From assembly GCF_964213995.1 (NCBI RefSeq), contig NW_027590175.1, forward strand, positions 62,001-126,000: 64,000 nt of DNA, read 5' to 3'. Under the pieces are notes generated by a model. That model was not told the DNA's origin. It saw only the letters and a program-made list of their open reading frames with translations, and did no database searches. Shown piece by piece: positions 1 through 13,934 of the stretch. The stretch comes from Mustelus asterias. Lineage: Eukaryota. How positions within the stretch are numbered: the stretch's first letter is position 1; each line of letters opens with the position of its first letter. The translations under genes and the position numbers were made by a program.

Positions 1-381
1 ACTTTTCTAAACTGTTTTTACAGGATATTGGAAGTGAAAGATTGGCAGACAGAAAATTCAAACCGGACATCACATCTGACAAAGTCATTCAGTTCCTTCG
101 GAGCTGAATATCATTGGTCTTTGAATATAGAAAGAGAAATATTTGTCTGTTCTGCCTGTGGGCAAAGAAATTAAACATCAGTGTGACCGGAAAAGCATCG
201 AGACAAACACACACCCGAGTGAGAGTGTTCCAGTGAACTGAATGTGGAAAGAGCTTTAACCAGTTACACAGCCTGAAAAAACATCACAGTTCACAGCAGG
301 GTGAAACTACGTGTATGTTGTGTGTGTGGATGAGGCTTGAACTGATCATCCAACCTGGAGAAACACAAGGACACCCGCACC

Positions 382-1362
382 ATGGAGAAACCGTGGAAAT
401 GTGTGGATTGTGGGAAGGGATTCGGTTTCCCATCACAACTGGAAGTTCATCGGCGCAGTCACACTGGGGAGAGACCGTTCACCTGCTCCGTCTGTGGGAA
501 GGGATTCACCCATTCATACAACCTTCTGACTCACCAACGGGTTCACACTGGGGAGAGGCCGTTCACCTGCCCTGTGTGTGGGAAGGGATTCACTCGCTCA
601 TCCCACATTGTGACACACCAACTTGTTCACACTGATGAGAGAATGTTTACATGTTCTGACTGTGAGAAGAGTTTTAAATGCAAAAAGGATCTGCTGACAC
701 ACCAACGAATTCACACTGGGGAGAGACCGTTCACCTGCTCTGTGTGTGGGAAAGGATTCATTCAGTCATCCCACTTGCAGACACATCAACTTGTTCACTC
801 TGATAACAAACTTTTTAATTGTTCCCACTGTGAGAAGAGCTTTAAAAATAAAAATGATCTGCTAACGCACCAATATGCTCACACTGGGGAGAGGCCATTC
901 ACCTGCTGTGTGTGTGGGAAGGGATTCAGCCGTCCATCTGCCCTATTGAACCACCAGAGAATTCACACTGGGGAGAGGCCCTTCACCTGCTCAGACTGTG
1001 GGAAGGGATTCACTCGTTCATCCAACTTATTGAATCACCAGCGAGTTCACACTGGGGAGAGGCCGTTCACCTGCTCTGTGTGTGGGAAGGGATTCAGTCA
1101 GTCATCCAACCTGCTGACACACCAGAAAGTTCACAGTGCGGAGAGGCCATTTACCTGCTCTGTCTGTGGGAAGGGATTTTCTCATTTATCTTATCTTCTG
1201 AAACACCAGCGAGTTCACACTGGGGAGAGGCCGTTCACCTGTAATGTCTGTGGAAAGGGATTTATTCAGTCATCCCACCTGCTAACACACCAGCGAGTTC
1301 ACAAACGACTGCAAGGTTTGGATTCTACTCTTAATGATGCTGTTAATCATATCCAGGACTGA
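382..1362 (+). CDS. C2H2 zinc-finger protein, 11 fingers, no KRAB domain visible (ZNF copy A)
   Basis: Open ORF with 11 C-x2-C-x12-H-x3-H repeats and TGERPF linkers; strong Kozak accATGg; acceptor tttttacag at ~14-22; ends ...AVNHIQD*. Confidence 0.9.
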   Translation: MEKPWKCVDCGKGFGFPSQLEVHRRSHTGERPFTCSVCGKGFTHSYNLLTHQRVHTGERPFTCPVCGKGFTRSSHIVTHQLVHTDERMFTCSDCEKSFKCKKDLLTHQRIHTGERPFTCSVCGKGFIQSSHLQTHQLVHSDNKLFNCSHCEKSFKNKNDLLTHQYAHTGERPFTCCVCGKGFSRPSALLNHQRIHTGERPFTCSDCGKGFTRSSNLLNHQRVHTGERPFTCSVCGKGFSQSSNLLTHQKVHSAERPFTCSVCGKGFSHLSYLLKHQRVHTGERPFTCNVCGKGFIQSSHLLTHQRVHKRLQGLDSTLNDAVNHIQD

Positions 1363-2292
1363 ATCGTGTTCACTCTGACAGTCTTCATCCGTTGAGGTTT
1401 AATATTCTGAATAAATATGAAATAGACCAGCTTTGTTTTTTAAAATTGTTGTCGATTTTTGTCTTTCCCACCTGACCCCACATCACCAGGCTGGAGCTCA
1501 GAAAGGACAATCGGGGGAGGATCATATGGCAAACAGGACGCAGTCCTTCAGGGTCACAGAGAGGGACAAACAGCACTTTGCTCTTCCTCATCTCTCTTCA
1601 CGACAGCAAAGTACCCGTGTGGTTTAATCCTGAGATGTGCAAGAACCTCAGTCGCTCCCTTCTATGTTTCAGCGCTCCTAGACCAGGAACAGAAGTTCCT
1701 TTACAACTGTGTTTAGAGTCAGGAAGAACAACAGTGAATGCTGGTAGGATGCTGCTAAATCAGAGATTGGTGCAAAACTCGGATCTGTTCCTGACTGAGA
1801 GTGAAACGGCAGGATTAGATTTCCAGACTGAAAATGCAGAAAAGTCTAAAATATTTTAATGTGTTTGTGTCAGTGCCAGTTTATTGAACAGAAACCAGTT
1901 TAAAATAAATTGGTTAAAGTCTGCATTAAAGTAGCAGCTGGAGAGTTCAAAGGAACCTGTTATCTGCTGGGACAATTAGACAACAATTTGATTCCCAGAT
2001 AAAAAGGAGCTACAGCGTGTCCAAGAATTCCCAGTTTTATTGATGAGGCTTCCCACACACTGTCCTTTTAAATAAACCTCACTCCTATCAACCTTTAACC
2101 ATTATAAACAGAATAGAGAGAAGAGTGAAGCTGTGCCTGTCCCTTTAACTGGAAACTGAACAGCATCAAGCCCCAACTGTCCCTTTAAGAATGAATGATG
2201 TGTTCAGCTGAAGATTCCTATTGGTAGTTTTCTGGGTGATCTCCTTATTTTGGATTATTCTCAGTGATCCTCAGTTGTGTGAACCTCTTCTC

Positions 2293-2660
2293 ACTCACTT
2301 AATATCTCTCCTCTCTGTCAGATACTCACTTAATATCTCTCCCCTCTGTCAGGTACTCACTTAATATCTCTCCTCTCTGTCAGATACTCAATATCTCTCC
2401 TCTCTGTCAGGTACTCACTTAATATCTCTCCTCTCTGTCAGATACTCAATATCTCTCCTCTCTGTCAGATACTCAATATCTCTCCTCTCTGTCAGATACT
2501 CAATATCTCTCCTCTCTGTCAGATACTCACTTAATATCTCTCCTCTCTGTCAGGTACTCACTTAATATCTCTCCTCTCTGTCAGATACTCAATATCTCTC
2601 CTCTCTGTCAGGTACTCAGTTAATATCTCTCCTCTCTGTCAGATACTGACTCACTTAACA
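2293..2660. repeat. Minisatellite, ~12 copies of alternating 31/27 bp unit actca(ctta)atatctctcctctctgtcag(a/g)t
   Basis: Direct reading of tandem copies. Confidence 0.95.
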
Positions 2661-2949
2661 TCGCTCTCCTCTCAGACACTCATTTCACTTACCTTCCACC
2701 TCTACACTCAATTAAACACGCTCCTTTCACTCCCTTACCTCTCTCTCAAATACTGTCTCAGTCACGTAACCTCTATCTTTCTCTCAGACACTCATTCATT
2801 TAACTTTTTTATGTCAGATAGTGCTGAAACTCACTTAATTTTTTTATTCTCTGGTTATCTCTCTCTAAAAAAGCACCAAACACCTTCAATCTCTCTTCTC
2901 TGTCTGAGACAACATCGAATTTACAGAGACTCAATCTTCTCTCTCTGTT

Positions 2950-3298
2950 TTTTTTATTCATATGTGGGACACAGGTGCCGCTGACTGGCCAGCATTTATT
3001 ACCCATCCCTAGTTGCCCTTGTTCAGAGGGCAGCTGAGAGTCAACCACATTGCTGTGGCCCTGGAGTCACATGTAGACCAGACCGGGTAAAGACAGCAGA
3101 TTTCCTTCCCTAAAGGACATTAGCGAACCAGATGGGTTTTTCTGACAATGGTTTCATGGTCATCACTCGATTCTTAATTCCAGATGTTTTGAATTGAATT
3201 CAAATTCCACCATCTGCCATGGCGGTATTCGAATCTGGGTCCCCAGAAAATTTGCTGAGTTTCTGCATTAACATCTAGCGATAATACCACGAGGCCAT
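2950..3298 (-). mobile_element. tRNA-derived SINE (family 2, tail gggcaataaatgctggcc...cccacatatgaat)
   Basis: Reverse complement matches the copy at 40228-40560; tRNA-like head with B-box-like ttcgaat. Confidence 0.8.
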
Positions 3299-4229
3299 TG
3301 TCTCCCCACTTCTCTCTCCCACTTCCTCTGACAGGCCCTGACTCACTCTCATTTTCTGATCACCCTCTTTGGGGGAAACTCATTCCTTTCTATAATTTCC
3401 CCTCATCTCTCCCAGTGATGACCCTCAGTCCATCTCCCAATTCATTGACTGTTAAAAACCCAAATAATCTTTGTTTATTGTTTAACATGGGAATGGAGAT
3501 GAATGTAATGCTGAGAGCGGCAGCAATCTGTGTGGTTGTTCTTGATGCTGTCAGAGTGAGTTCACCCTCACAGGCAGGAAGAATATTCACGGTGATAACA
3601 TCTCAAACTGATGTCGCCTGTTTCACTCTCAGGAAATACAACTTCCTGTTTCTCTGCTGCCGGTTGCAAACCGCGCATCTCACTTCTGGGCAAAAAATAA
3701 ATCCAGGGGCCACAATCTGGTGAGAACATGTATCAGTGCGGCCTATATCCATCCACAGAGACAGGGCAGAGTCACACAGGATCACATTGCAGTGACATTT
3801 ACAAATGAGTCTGTTATTTCTGTTCAGAGTCTCCATTCCCGGATATAACGAGCTGTATTTGTGGATCAGTCACTGAGTTCCCTCTGCTCCCCATAGCTGG
3901 GGACTGATAGCCTGCTCCCTTATATTGTATATCATTCTCTCTGTATTGCTTGTTTCCTCTGTTTCTCAGCTTTTATCTCTGACCACCTCATCTTTCTGTT
4001 TTTTAAAATCTCTCTCAATGTTTCTGTCTCTCCTCTGTATCTCTCTCAGTCTCTGTGTGTTCCTATTTAACCGAGATGTTCAGCATCATGAAGGGTTTCT
4101 GATTGATTATAGAAGGAAAAACAGGGAAAAAAGCAGAAAAACTCAGCAAGTCAGAGAGAAACAGTTAACATTTTGAGTCCATATGATTCTTCAGGGCAGG
4201 AAAAACATGGGCTTTTCTGTCTTAGGTCA

Positions 4230-4520
4230 GGGTACGTGATGGGGAGGTTTAATAGAGGTGTTTAAAATGACAAACGATTTATGATAGTGTCAATGGAGAG
4301 GAACTGTTTCCCAGAAGCAGGAGGGTCTGTCGATGGGGAGAAACTTTCCCAGGTGCAGAAGGGTCTGTCGATGGGGAGAAACTTTCCCAGGTGCAGAAGG
4401 GTCTTTCGATGGAGAGAATCTATTTCCCAGGTATTGGAGGGTCTGTCGATAGGAAGAAACTGTTTCCCAGGTGCAGGAGAGTCTGTACACAGAGGGGATA
4501 CAGAGATTTAACATAATTGA
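4230..4520 (+). repeat. Degraded CR1 3' fragment containing ~5 tandem 38-40 bp copies
   Basis: Unit ggagaaactttcccaggtgcagaagggtctgtcgat at 4294-4485; flanks resemble the CR1 ORF2 end. Confidence 0.65.
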
Positions 4521-4621
4521 CAACTTAACTGGAGAGGGTGATGAGGATGATTTTTTACACAATAATTTGATGCAATCTGGAATGTACAAACTGACAGGTG
4601 CGAGAAGCAGATTTCAAGTAA

Positions 4622-4882
4622 AGTTTATTGGTCACAAGTAAGGCTTACATTAACACTGCAATGAAGTTCTGTGAAATTCCCCGTGTCACCACAGTCCGGC
4701 ACCTGTTTGGGTCAATGCATCTAACTAGCACGTCTTTCAGAATGTGGGAGGAAACCGGAGCACCCGGAAGAAACACACGCAGACACGGGGAGAACGTGCA
4801 AACTCCACACAGTGACTCAAGCCGGGAATTGATCCCGGCGCTGTGAAGCAGCAGTGCTAACCACTGTGCCGCCGTGCTGCCC
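4622..4882 (-). mobile_element. V-SINE/HE1-type SINE, tail variant B
   Basis: HE1 head (gcacggcggcacagtggttagcactgctg) and V-domain on minus strand; tail gtaagccttacttgtgaccaataaa. Confidence 0.85.
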
Positions 4883-5649
4883 AGCCACCGTGCTGCCCAA
4901 TTTAATAGTAAATTTCAAAGAGAATTGGATAAATACTTGCAGAGGGAATTTGGCAGAACGATGGTAAATGGGATTAATTGACAGTTCACTCGTCTCTGTG
5001 ACATTCTGAATGTTTCTCTCCTGAGGTTTTAACATTTGATCTTTTCACAATGTGTCTCAAACAGAAGATCAAAACATTGGGTTTGATGAGCTGTCAGATC
5101 TGTTTCCCATGTGACTGTAACTCAAGAATTGCAGATAAGCATGAGAAGGAACTGATTATTATTTTCAGTTCCTCTCACAGGTGCACCTCAATATCAGAAA
5201 TCTCTGGAGTTCCCCATGTCCTCATTATTCTCCCCTTGAGCATAACAGCTCTCAGTCAAGTAGAGTCAGTAACACATGTCTCTGCCATGATGTTTGCATT
5301 CCTATTTTACCACTCACCTCCCAGTGACACTCAGCATAACACACAAACCTCAAACTATCATTGCCCCCTTACATCTTGTCCTCCTCTTACAAGCAAATAT
5401 TTGTTGGGCCTCTTGTCTCCCTTAATGTCAGGTTACCTGCAGGCAAAATGACCTCAGCGACACTGGAACCGATCTTTGTGATTATTATTGTTACACCAGA
5501 TTCCAATCAGCCCCAGGACCTGCAGTTGTAAAATGCAGTAACATTTTAATATCAGGCAGGTTATTGTCAAATAGTAAGTGGCAGAGTGACAAATAACAGA
5601 ATTGGAATATATTATATCAATAGACCATGACTCACTCGCTATCAAATGA

Positions 5650-6893
5650 GACCCAAACTTTGGTTATGGTGCACTCGATACTGACTGTATTATCATTACA
5701 TTGGATCCCCGGGCCTAGAATACCCGACGCTAAAATGCCACCCTGACTACCTTCCATGGGAGTTCACCTCTGTTAGCCTGACAGCAGTTTACATCCCACC
5801 CCACGCAGACGTGAAGACGGCATTGGATGAAATATACACCACCACAAATAGCCTTGAGACGAGGCCTTGTCCTGAGGCCTTGTTCATCGTAGCCGAAACT
5901 TCAATCAGGCCAAGCTCAAGGGTGTTCTACCAAGGTACCTGCAACACATCTCCTGTTCCATCAGAGGCCCAAACACCCTAGACCACTGCTATACAAATAT
6001 CAAAAATGCCTACTGCTCTATCACCAGTCCACACCTTGGAAAATCAAGTCTGTGCTCCTGCTCCCAGCTTAAAAGCAAAAACTGAAATGGGAGAATCTGC
6101 CAAAGAAAGTTGTGCAATATTGGTCTGAGGAATCGGATGATCTCCTACTAGACTGCTTAGAGTCAGTAGATTGGTCAGTATTTAAAAACTCTGTGACCAG
6201 CCTGAATGAGTCCTCCACCACAGTAACTGACTCATTAGTAAGCGTGTAGAAGACTGCGTGCCAAAGAAGCAAATCCATGTGTTTCCCAACCAGAAACCAT
6301 GGATGAACAGGGATATCCACTGTCTGCTGAAGTTTAGATCTGAGACGTTCATGTCAGGCGACACTGACCTATACAAGACAGCCAGATATGATCTATGAAG
6401 ATCCATCAAAGATGCCAAAAGACAGTACCGGATCAAGCTAGAATCCCAGGCTATCCACATGGATTCCCGTCGACTATGGCAAGGTCTGCAAGACATAAAA
6501 GGCTACGAGATTAAGGCAGGTAAAATCACCGGCTCCAATGCACCCCTCCCCACTGAGCTCAACACATTCTATGCCCGTTGTGAGCAAGAGGTCAGCGAGA
6601 GCACACCCTCCATCCCAGAAGCCTCGAATGATTCTGTATGTTAGGTCACCAGTGCAGACATCTGAGTAGCCTTCTCAAAAGTCAACCCATGGAAAGCAAC
6701 TGGCCCAGACGGGGTACCCCAATGAGCACTGAGGTCCTGCGTGGATCAGCTGGCAAGGGTATTCACAGACATGTTCAACCTCTCATTACAACAATCTAAG
6801 GTCCCTACCTGCTTCAAGAAGAGGACCATCATCCCGATACCAAAGAAAAGCCAGGGCAGCGTGCCTTAATCACTATCATCCGGTGGCTCTGAC
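5650..6893 (+). mobile_element. Degraded Rex1/Babar-like LINE fragment (endonuclease C-term to RT start)
   Basis: Translated motifs [35 protein letters not shown]; stops and frameshifts. Confidence 0.7.
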
Positions 6894-6972
6894 AAACCAT
6901 CTTTTTGTGATTCATGCACAAGGACACCCAGGTCCCTTTGCGCAGCAGCATGCTGCAATTTATTACCATTTA

Positions 6973-7280
6973 AATGCATGGTTGGGGACCCCGCGCACCC
7001 CCGACATTCTCTCTTCCACCTTCTTCCATCGGGAGGGGGATGCAGAGGTCTTGGGGTCGCGTGCCGACCGACTCGAGAGCAGCTTCTTCCCGTGCTGCTG
7101 TCGGACTTTTGGGTGGGCCTATCTTGCATTGGGTTGGTCTTTCTCTGCACCCTAGCTGTGGCTGTGGCACTGCATTCTGCGCTCTCTCATTTCCTTCTCT
7201 ATGAACGGTATGTTTTGTCTTTCTAGCGCAGAAGAAACAATACTTTTCATTGTATGCTAAAACATGTGACAATAAAAAAA
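6973..7280 (+). mobile_element. Short retroelement with Rex1-like 3' tail inserted in a minus-strand CR1 fragment
   Basis: Tail aacaatacttttcattgtatgctaaaacatgtgacaataaa; same family at ~47785-47885 (-) and ~63825-64000 (-); CR1 sequence at 6895-6970 continues at 7280-7345. Confidence 0.6.
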
Positions 7281-7423
7281 ATAGTCCATTTTGCTGTTAT
7301 TCCTACCAAAATGGATGACCTCACATTTACCAACATTGTACTCGATTTCTGTTGGCAAAATAGGTTGCATGCTTACTTTTTAATTATACAATGTTCAGAG
7401 CACTAAATTTGACACACACAATC

Positions 7424-7690
7424 ATAGAATCCCTATAGTGCAGAAGAAGGCCATTCGGCCCATCAAGCCTGCACCGACAACGATCCCATCCAGGCCCTAT
7501 TCCTGTAATCTCATGCCCCAACATGAAAGGGGCAATTTATCATGGCTAATCCACCTAACCTGCACATCTTTGGACTGTGGGAGGAAACCCACGCAGACAC
7601 AGGGAGAATGTGCAAACTCCACACAGTAAACTGAGGCTGGAATTGAACCCAGGTCCCTGGCGCTGTGAGGCAGCAGTGCTGACCACATGT
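7424..7690 (-). mobile_element. HE1 SINE (tail A, HER1/CR1-like)
   Basis: V-domain plus tail gggccgaatggcc...ctatagggattctatg on minus strand. Confidence 0.85.
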
Positions 7691-7814
7691 GACCAATAAC
7701 CAAGGACATGGCAGACATGACCAGTGTGTGAATTGCTGATGAATGGTCTTGTCCCTGTTGTTCCAATCTGTGTCCACAAAGGGACAATCCAATGGCAGAG
7801 CCATTACCCAGCAT

Positions 7815-8185
7815 TCACTGCGGGGGCTGCTGCGCATGCGCACTGTCAGGCTGTGATTGGAGCATGCGCAATGCAGGTGCTGCAGCTTGACGGAAGCGTG
7901 AGGAGCTCGTGTGGCTTTCGCAACGGGTGAAATAAAACACCGAGTGTGGATGGGGAACGGAGCTGGTGGGTGGAGAGATTTCATTAACACCGGACTCGGC
8001 TCGCAAAGTTCGAGTAAAAATCTAACGGTCCCCCATTTGGACCGAGACGGTTGTTCTCTCGGTGTCGGGCCGGGCTCGCCGGCCGCCATCTTTATAAGGG
8101 GCAATGTTCCGGCAAGGGCGCTGCCATCTTTATAAGGGGCAATGTTCCGGCAAGGACGCTGCCATCTTTATAGGGGGCAATACCA
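7815..8185 (+). promoter_or_regulatory. CpG-rich promoter region of ZNF copy B
   Basis: NRF1 palindrome tgcgcatgcgca (7831-7842), CCAAT (attgg), ETS cggaag, YY1 gccgccatcttt in a 38 bp tandem repeat. Confidence 0.7.
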
Positions 8186-8499
8186 GCAGCAGGACAGAGC
8201 TTTATGCATTTCTATGTTAAAAGCAAAATTCTGTGAGTTCTAGAAATCTGAAATAAAAACCGAAAATGGTGGATTGCTAACCTGGACTGACAGTAATGTA
8301 TTTACAGGATACTCGGAGGAGAGAATTCACAATTCAAAACATTGTATCTAGATTCAGTCGATTCATCAAGATCATTGACCTTTGAATGTGTAAAGAAGCT
8401 GTTCTGTCTGTGGGAAATGATTTCAGCTATCAATGTGTCTGGTATTTGGATATAAGACTGATAATTTCAAAACCAGGACTCTGCTTGACTGGAAATCAT

Positions 8500-8622
8500 G
8501 ACAAAGTACTGCAGATGCTGAAATCTGATGAAGGGTCATCCTGACTCGAAAAGTTGGCTCTATTCTCTGTCCACAGATGCTGTCAGACCTGCTGAGAGTT
8601 TCCAGCAGTTTCTGCTTTTGTT
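8500..8622 (+). mobile_element. Penelope-like pLTR fragment with hammerhead-like motif
   Basis: ctgatgaa-gggtc-atcct-gactc-gaaa at 8525-8551; same motif ends the Penelope fragment at 61228. Confidence 0.65.
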
Positions 8623-9167
8623 GTGACTGGGAATCAATGTGGGTGAGCAGGCACTGAGGTCTTGGGGCTAACTGGACTTGCTGTCATAGAGTCACACAGC
8701 ACAGAAAGAGGTCCTTCAGCCCATAAGTGAACAAGCGAGGAAAAGATGTTCCACAGCATCAGAATTGTCTATTTAGAATTTCTGTCCTGTACTTACGAGG
8801 ATTCATTTTATAAACTCCTTTTACAGGCTATGAGAAAGGGAGGAATTCCAAACAAGAACATCAAACCAAACATGACATCCAACATCTACTCACTTGATTC
8901 ATCAGCGCTTGAATATTGTGAACCTTTGAATGTGGAATGAGAAATGTTTCTCTGTTTCTGTCTGAGGATTTCAAACTGAAAGTTTTGAAACAATTGACTG
9001 GAAAAGCACCGAGTGAGAGTGTTCCAGTGAACTGACTGTGGAAAGAGCTTTAACCAGTTATACAGCCTGATAAAACATCACATCATTCACAGCAAGGAGA
9101 AACCATACAGTTTGGACAAGGTTTCAACTGATTGTCCAATCTGGAGAGTCACAAGGACACTGGCATC

Positions 9168-9838
9168 ATGGAGAAACTGTGGAAATGTGGGGACTGTGGG
9201 AAGAGCTTCAATTACCCAAAGCTGAGAAAACGTTATCATTGTCACACTGGGGAGACACCATTCACCTGCTCTGTATGTGGGAAGCGATTCACTCAGTCAT
9301 CCCATCTCACTGACCATCAACTTGTACACAGTGATCAGAGACCTTTTAAATGCTCTGATTGTGAGAAGAGGTTTAAAAGCAAGAAGCATCTGGTAGCACA
9401 TCAGCTTGTCCACACTGGGGAGAGGCCGTTCCTCTGCTCTGTGTGTGGGAAGAGATTCAATCGGTCATCCCACCTTCTGACACATCAGCAAGTTCACACT
9501 GGGGAGAGACCATTCCTCTGCTCTGTGTGTGGTAAGGATTCATTCAGTCATCCCAACTTCTGAGACATCAGCGAGTTCACACTGGGGAGAGGCCATTTAC
9601 CTGCTCTGAGTGTGGGAAGGGATTCAGTCAGTTGTCCGACCTTCTGGTACACCAGCGAGTTCACACTGGGGAGAGGCCATTCACCTGTTCTGTATGTCGG
9701 AACAGCTTTGCTCAGTCATCTACTCTTCAGAGACACCAACGAGTTCATACTGGAGAGAGGCCATTCACCTGCTCTGAGTGTGAGAAGGGATTCATTCAGT
9801 TATCCGACCTTCTGAGACACCAGCGAGTTCACAAATGA
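9168..9838 (+). pseudogene. C2H2 ZNF copy B, frameshifted near 9535, first finger degenerate
   Basis: atcATGg start (MEKLWKC); fingers continue in another frame (9632-9838); a 1 nt loss could also be an assembly error. Confidence 0.75.
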
Positions 9839-10357
9839 TTGTAGAATTTGGAGTTTGTCATTGCTGCTTTTAGTGACATCCCGGACTGAACATGTGGCTG
9901 TGTAAGCTGAGGTGTGTAAGGAATGTGTCCCAGCCACGCTCTTCCATGATTCAGTGGTCCTGGAGGGAGAACAGAAACTCCTTTACAACTGGGTTTAGAG
10001 TCAGGAAGAACAACGGTGAATATTGGAAATGTGATGTCAAGTCAGAGATTGGTGTTAAATTGGGATCTGTTCCAGACTGAGACTTTGAGAAGAAATAGAA
10101 ATGTGGAATGAACATTTAAAATGTTTGTGATATTCCTGATCTATCATTGTCAGACAATAACAACACTCTACATTTATATTGTCTCTTTAACAGAGTAAAT
10201 GTGAAAACTGACACTGTTTTCAGATGTTGTCACTGATGGGAATATGTTGATAAGAAATAAGAGGCCAAGCCTCTGGAGACACCAGAGGTAAGTGTGGGAA
10301 TGGGAAGGGAAGATATTATAAGTGATTCTCTGACTCTGATTGAAGAGAGAAGAATAG

Positions 10358-10633
10358 GTTTAAAGTTTAATGTTTATTTATTAGTTTCACAAGTAGGCTT
10401 ACATTAACATTGCGATGAAGTTACTATGAAAATCCCCTAGTCGCCACATTCCTGCGCCTGTTTGGGTACACTGAGGGAGAATTTGGCATGGTCAATGCGA
10501 ACCAGTACATCTTTTGAACTGTGGAGGAAACCAGAACATCCGGAGGAAACCCACACAGACAGTGACCCAGAATCGAACCCGAGTCCCTGGTGCTTGAGAC
10601 AGCAGTGCTAACCACTGTGCCACCGTGCCGCCC
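10358..10633 (-). mobile_element. V-SINE/HE1-type SINE, tail variant B
   Basis: Head gggcggcacggtggcacagtgg; tail gtaagcctacttgtgaaactaataaataaa. Confidence 0.85.
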
Positions 10634-10639
10634 ATGTAG

Positions 10640-10895
10640 AACCAGAAGAGAGTAGCCCCACCCAGCTGGACGACAGTGGAGAGGGATGGAGCAGAATGAT
10701 GTGGGCGACCTTGCCAAAGGCTGCAAATAGGTCGAGGATAAAAAGGGAAAGTTCATTTTTGTTGCAGTCACATAGGATGTCAGTGCGGACTTTGATAAGA
10801 GCTGTTTCAGTAATGTGGCAAGGCAGAAACCTGATTGAAGAATTCAAATATGGAGTTCTGGGAAAGATGGCCTTGGGTTTTGGGAGAAGGCAAAA
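10640..10895 (-). mobile_element. L2 LINE RT fragment
   Basis: Translation TETALIKVRTDILCD...LDLFAAFGKV resembles the L2 RT motif ETALxKVxND...LDLSAAFDTV. Confidence 0.7.
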
Positions 10896-10899
10896 CATT

Positions 10900-11850
10900 C
10901 AGTGTGAATGAGGGGGCGGGGCTGGAGGACCGAGCGAGAGCGGCTGGTCCTCCAACCAATCGGAGTGAATGAGGGGCGGGGCTAAGGGCGAGTTGCCCTG
11001 TGGTGATCTGGAGCATGCGCAGTGCCGATCACTGGGGATTGAGGCGGTTGCGGAAATATTCAGTCCGGGCGATAACACCGGGTAAATCAGGAATGAGTGA
11101 TGGAGCCGGTGGGTGGGCGGACTTCGAGGCTTCATAAAAGTCCCGTGTAGGCCGCAAGCCCCCAATAGGAAGCTCGGATTCGATATTTGAACCGTTGAAA
11201 GGTTGTTCGGGCTTTTCCCCCGATTCGGGCCCGGGTGAACGATCGCAATCTTGACAGTGTGCGGCCGAGCGCACGCGCAGACAGATGGGAGCTCCAGGCT
11301 CAGCCCCCTCCCCCCCCCATTCAGTCTGATTGGTTGGAGGACCAGCCGCTTCTGCTCGGTCCTCCAGCCCCGCCCCCTCCTCCTATTGGTCCGGAGCTGC
11401 TGTCAATCAGTTCCCGGGCATTGTGACGTGGAGCATGCGCAGTGTCATTGCTGTCCTTGGCGCTTGTTTGTCCCGGAGAAGCGGAGTCAGCGTTAGGCGG
11501 TGGCTGCGAGGATTTGGAAACACTTTGTGGATCCGCAAACCCTTCAGAATCATTGTCAGCTCCCTGGTTTGCAGCTGCGGGGCTTCTCCCTCCCTCCCTC
11601 CCGGGAACAGGCCCAGGTTAACGGCCCCATCCTGGCTCAGCCACTGGAGGATGGTTCACATCAGAGGATGGGGGAGGGGGACAATAAATAAGAGGTTACA
11701 CTTTGGCCTCAAATCAATGAGGACTCTGATCTCTGGGAAGGAAGGAAACCCTGGGAGGTGGGCGGGGAGGATTCACAAACACCCGCTGGAGGCACCAACA
11801 CCCCCAGTAAAAAGCTGCAGCTCCCGGGTTTGCAGCTTTTTCCCGGGAGA
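10900..11850 (+). promoter_or_regulatory. CpG-island promoter(s) upstream of ZNF copy C
   Basis: GC boxes, CCAAT boxes, two ggagcatgcgcagtg NRF1-like sites (~11010, ~11430), tgacgt, inverted duplicated module. Confidence 0.7.
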
Positions 11851-13049
11851 GAGTTGGGGAAGTTTTGTGGAGACAATTCCCAGCTGGTTCAGTTAGTGGT
11901 CAATGAAGCTCAGAAACCCTGAGTCAGGATCCTCATTGGGTGGTTGTTTTATTAAATTATTATTATTCATCTGTTGAAGAAAATATTAATTTTTTTTGAA
12001 AAATCATTTTTATAACGTTTGTGAAAATGTCCATTAAAATAGCCGTTTTTCCAATGTATTTCTGATGAGAATTTTCATATTACTGATTTGGGAATTGATT
12101 CTCGGGAATGGTCATTCTGAAAATGATTATGTTTTAATTTACTCCATAATGCCAGAAGTCAGTTTGTATTTCAAATGTAATTTAGAATGTCTGGGAGCAA
12201 ATGTTAAAATGAGGTTTGAGACACCAGCTGCAATTATTTTCTGTGACTGATGATACCTTTGTGCCTGTGCAGGAGGTAATTCCCCTGGTGCTGTGGCACA
12301 AATAAAATGGAGCCTTTCCTCGGAACAGGTCCGTGTTAACGGTCACCGTGTTGTTTCAGTGGTGAGCAGGGGACGTGTGGCCATTGTGGTAACAACAGAG
12401 TCGGTGGAACTTCATGTCCCCTGACCTTAAAAGAAAATAATTGACTCCTTGGTTGTACAGTCAATCTGCACATGGTCTGGAGAACTGAATCCAGCCAGAG
12501 TGACAAGGCAGAGGGAGCTGGTCTCAGAGTGGAGACATGAAATGGTGGAGATGGGGCAAGGAGTTTGATTTAGACCAGGGACAAGAGAGAGTGTGTGGGA
12601 TGGAGATTATAGCTCAAGATAAATGAGATGAAGAAGTGTTCCATGGAAACTCGAATTGTCTGTTATGAATTCGTTTTTTAAGCTCTTTTTGCAGGGAACT
12701 AGAAGAGGAGGATTCACAGACAGGAAACTCAAACTAAACTTTAGGTCAAGGTCTGCAGAACCATTTGATTCATCATGACCTCAGTATGATTGCTTTTTAC
12801 AGTGGAGGGAGAAATCATTGCCTGTTTTGTCAGTGGAAGAAAATTTTAAAAATTCAATGTGGCAGAAAAAGACCCGAGACACACACCCCCGAGTGAGAGT
12901 GTTCCAGTGAACTGACTGAAAAGAGCTTTAACCGGTTACACAGCCTGAAAAAAATCACACCATTCACAGTGAGAAGAAACCATAAACGTGGTCCGTGTGT
13001 GGATAAGGCTTCAACTGATCATCCAACCTGGAGAGACACAAAGTCACCT

Positions 13050-13934
<885 letters not shown>

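Noticed and set aside
315-1244. Alternative-frame ORFs over ZNF arrays (HWGEAVHLL..., TSEFTLGRG...)
   Set aside because: Shadow frames of the 84 bp finger repeat, seen at every ZNF copy
234-12910. Selenocysteine zinc finger: TGA at the first Cys codon of a leader finger in three paralogs (234, 9028, 12908), TGC in the fourth (27309)
   Set aside because: Frameshifts and further stops separate this finger from the main ORF in each copy, and no SECIS was recognised; an inherited nonsense mutation is simpler
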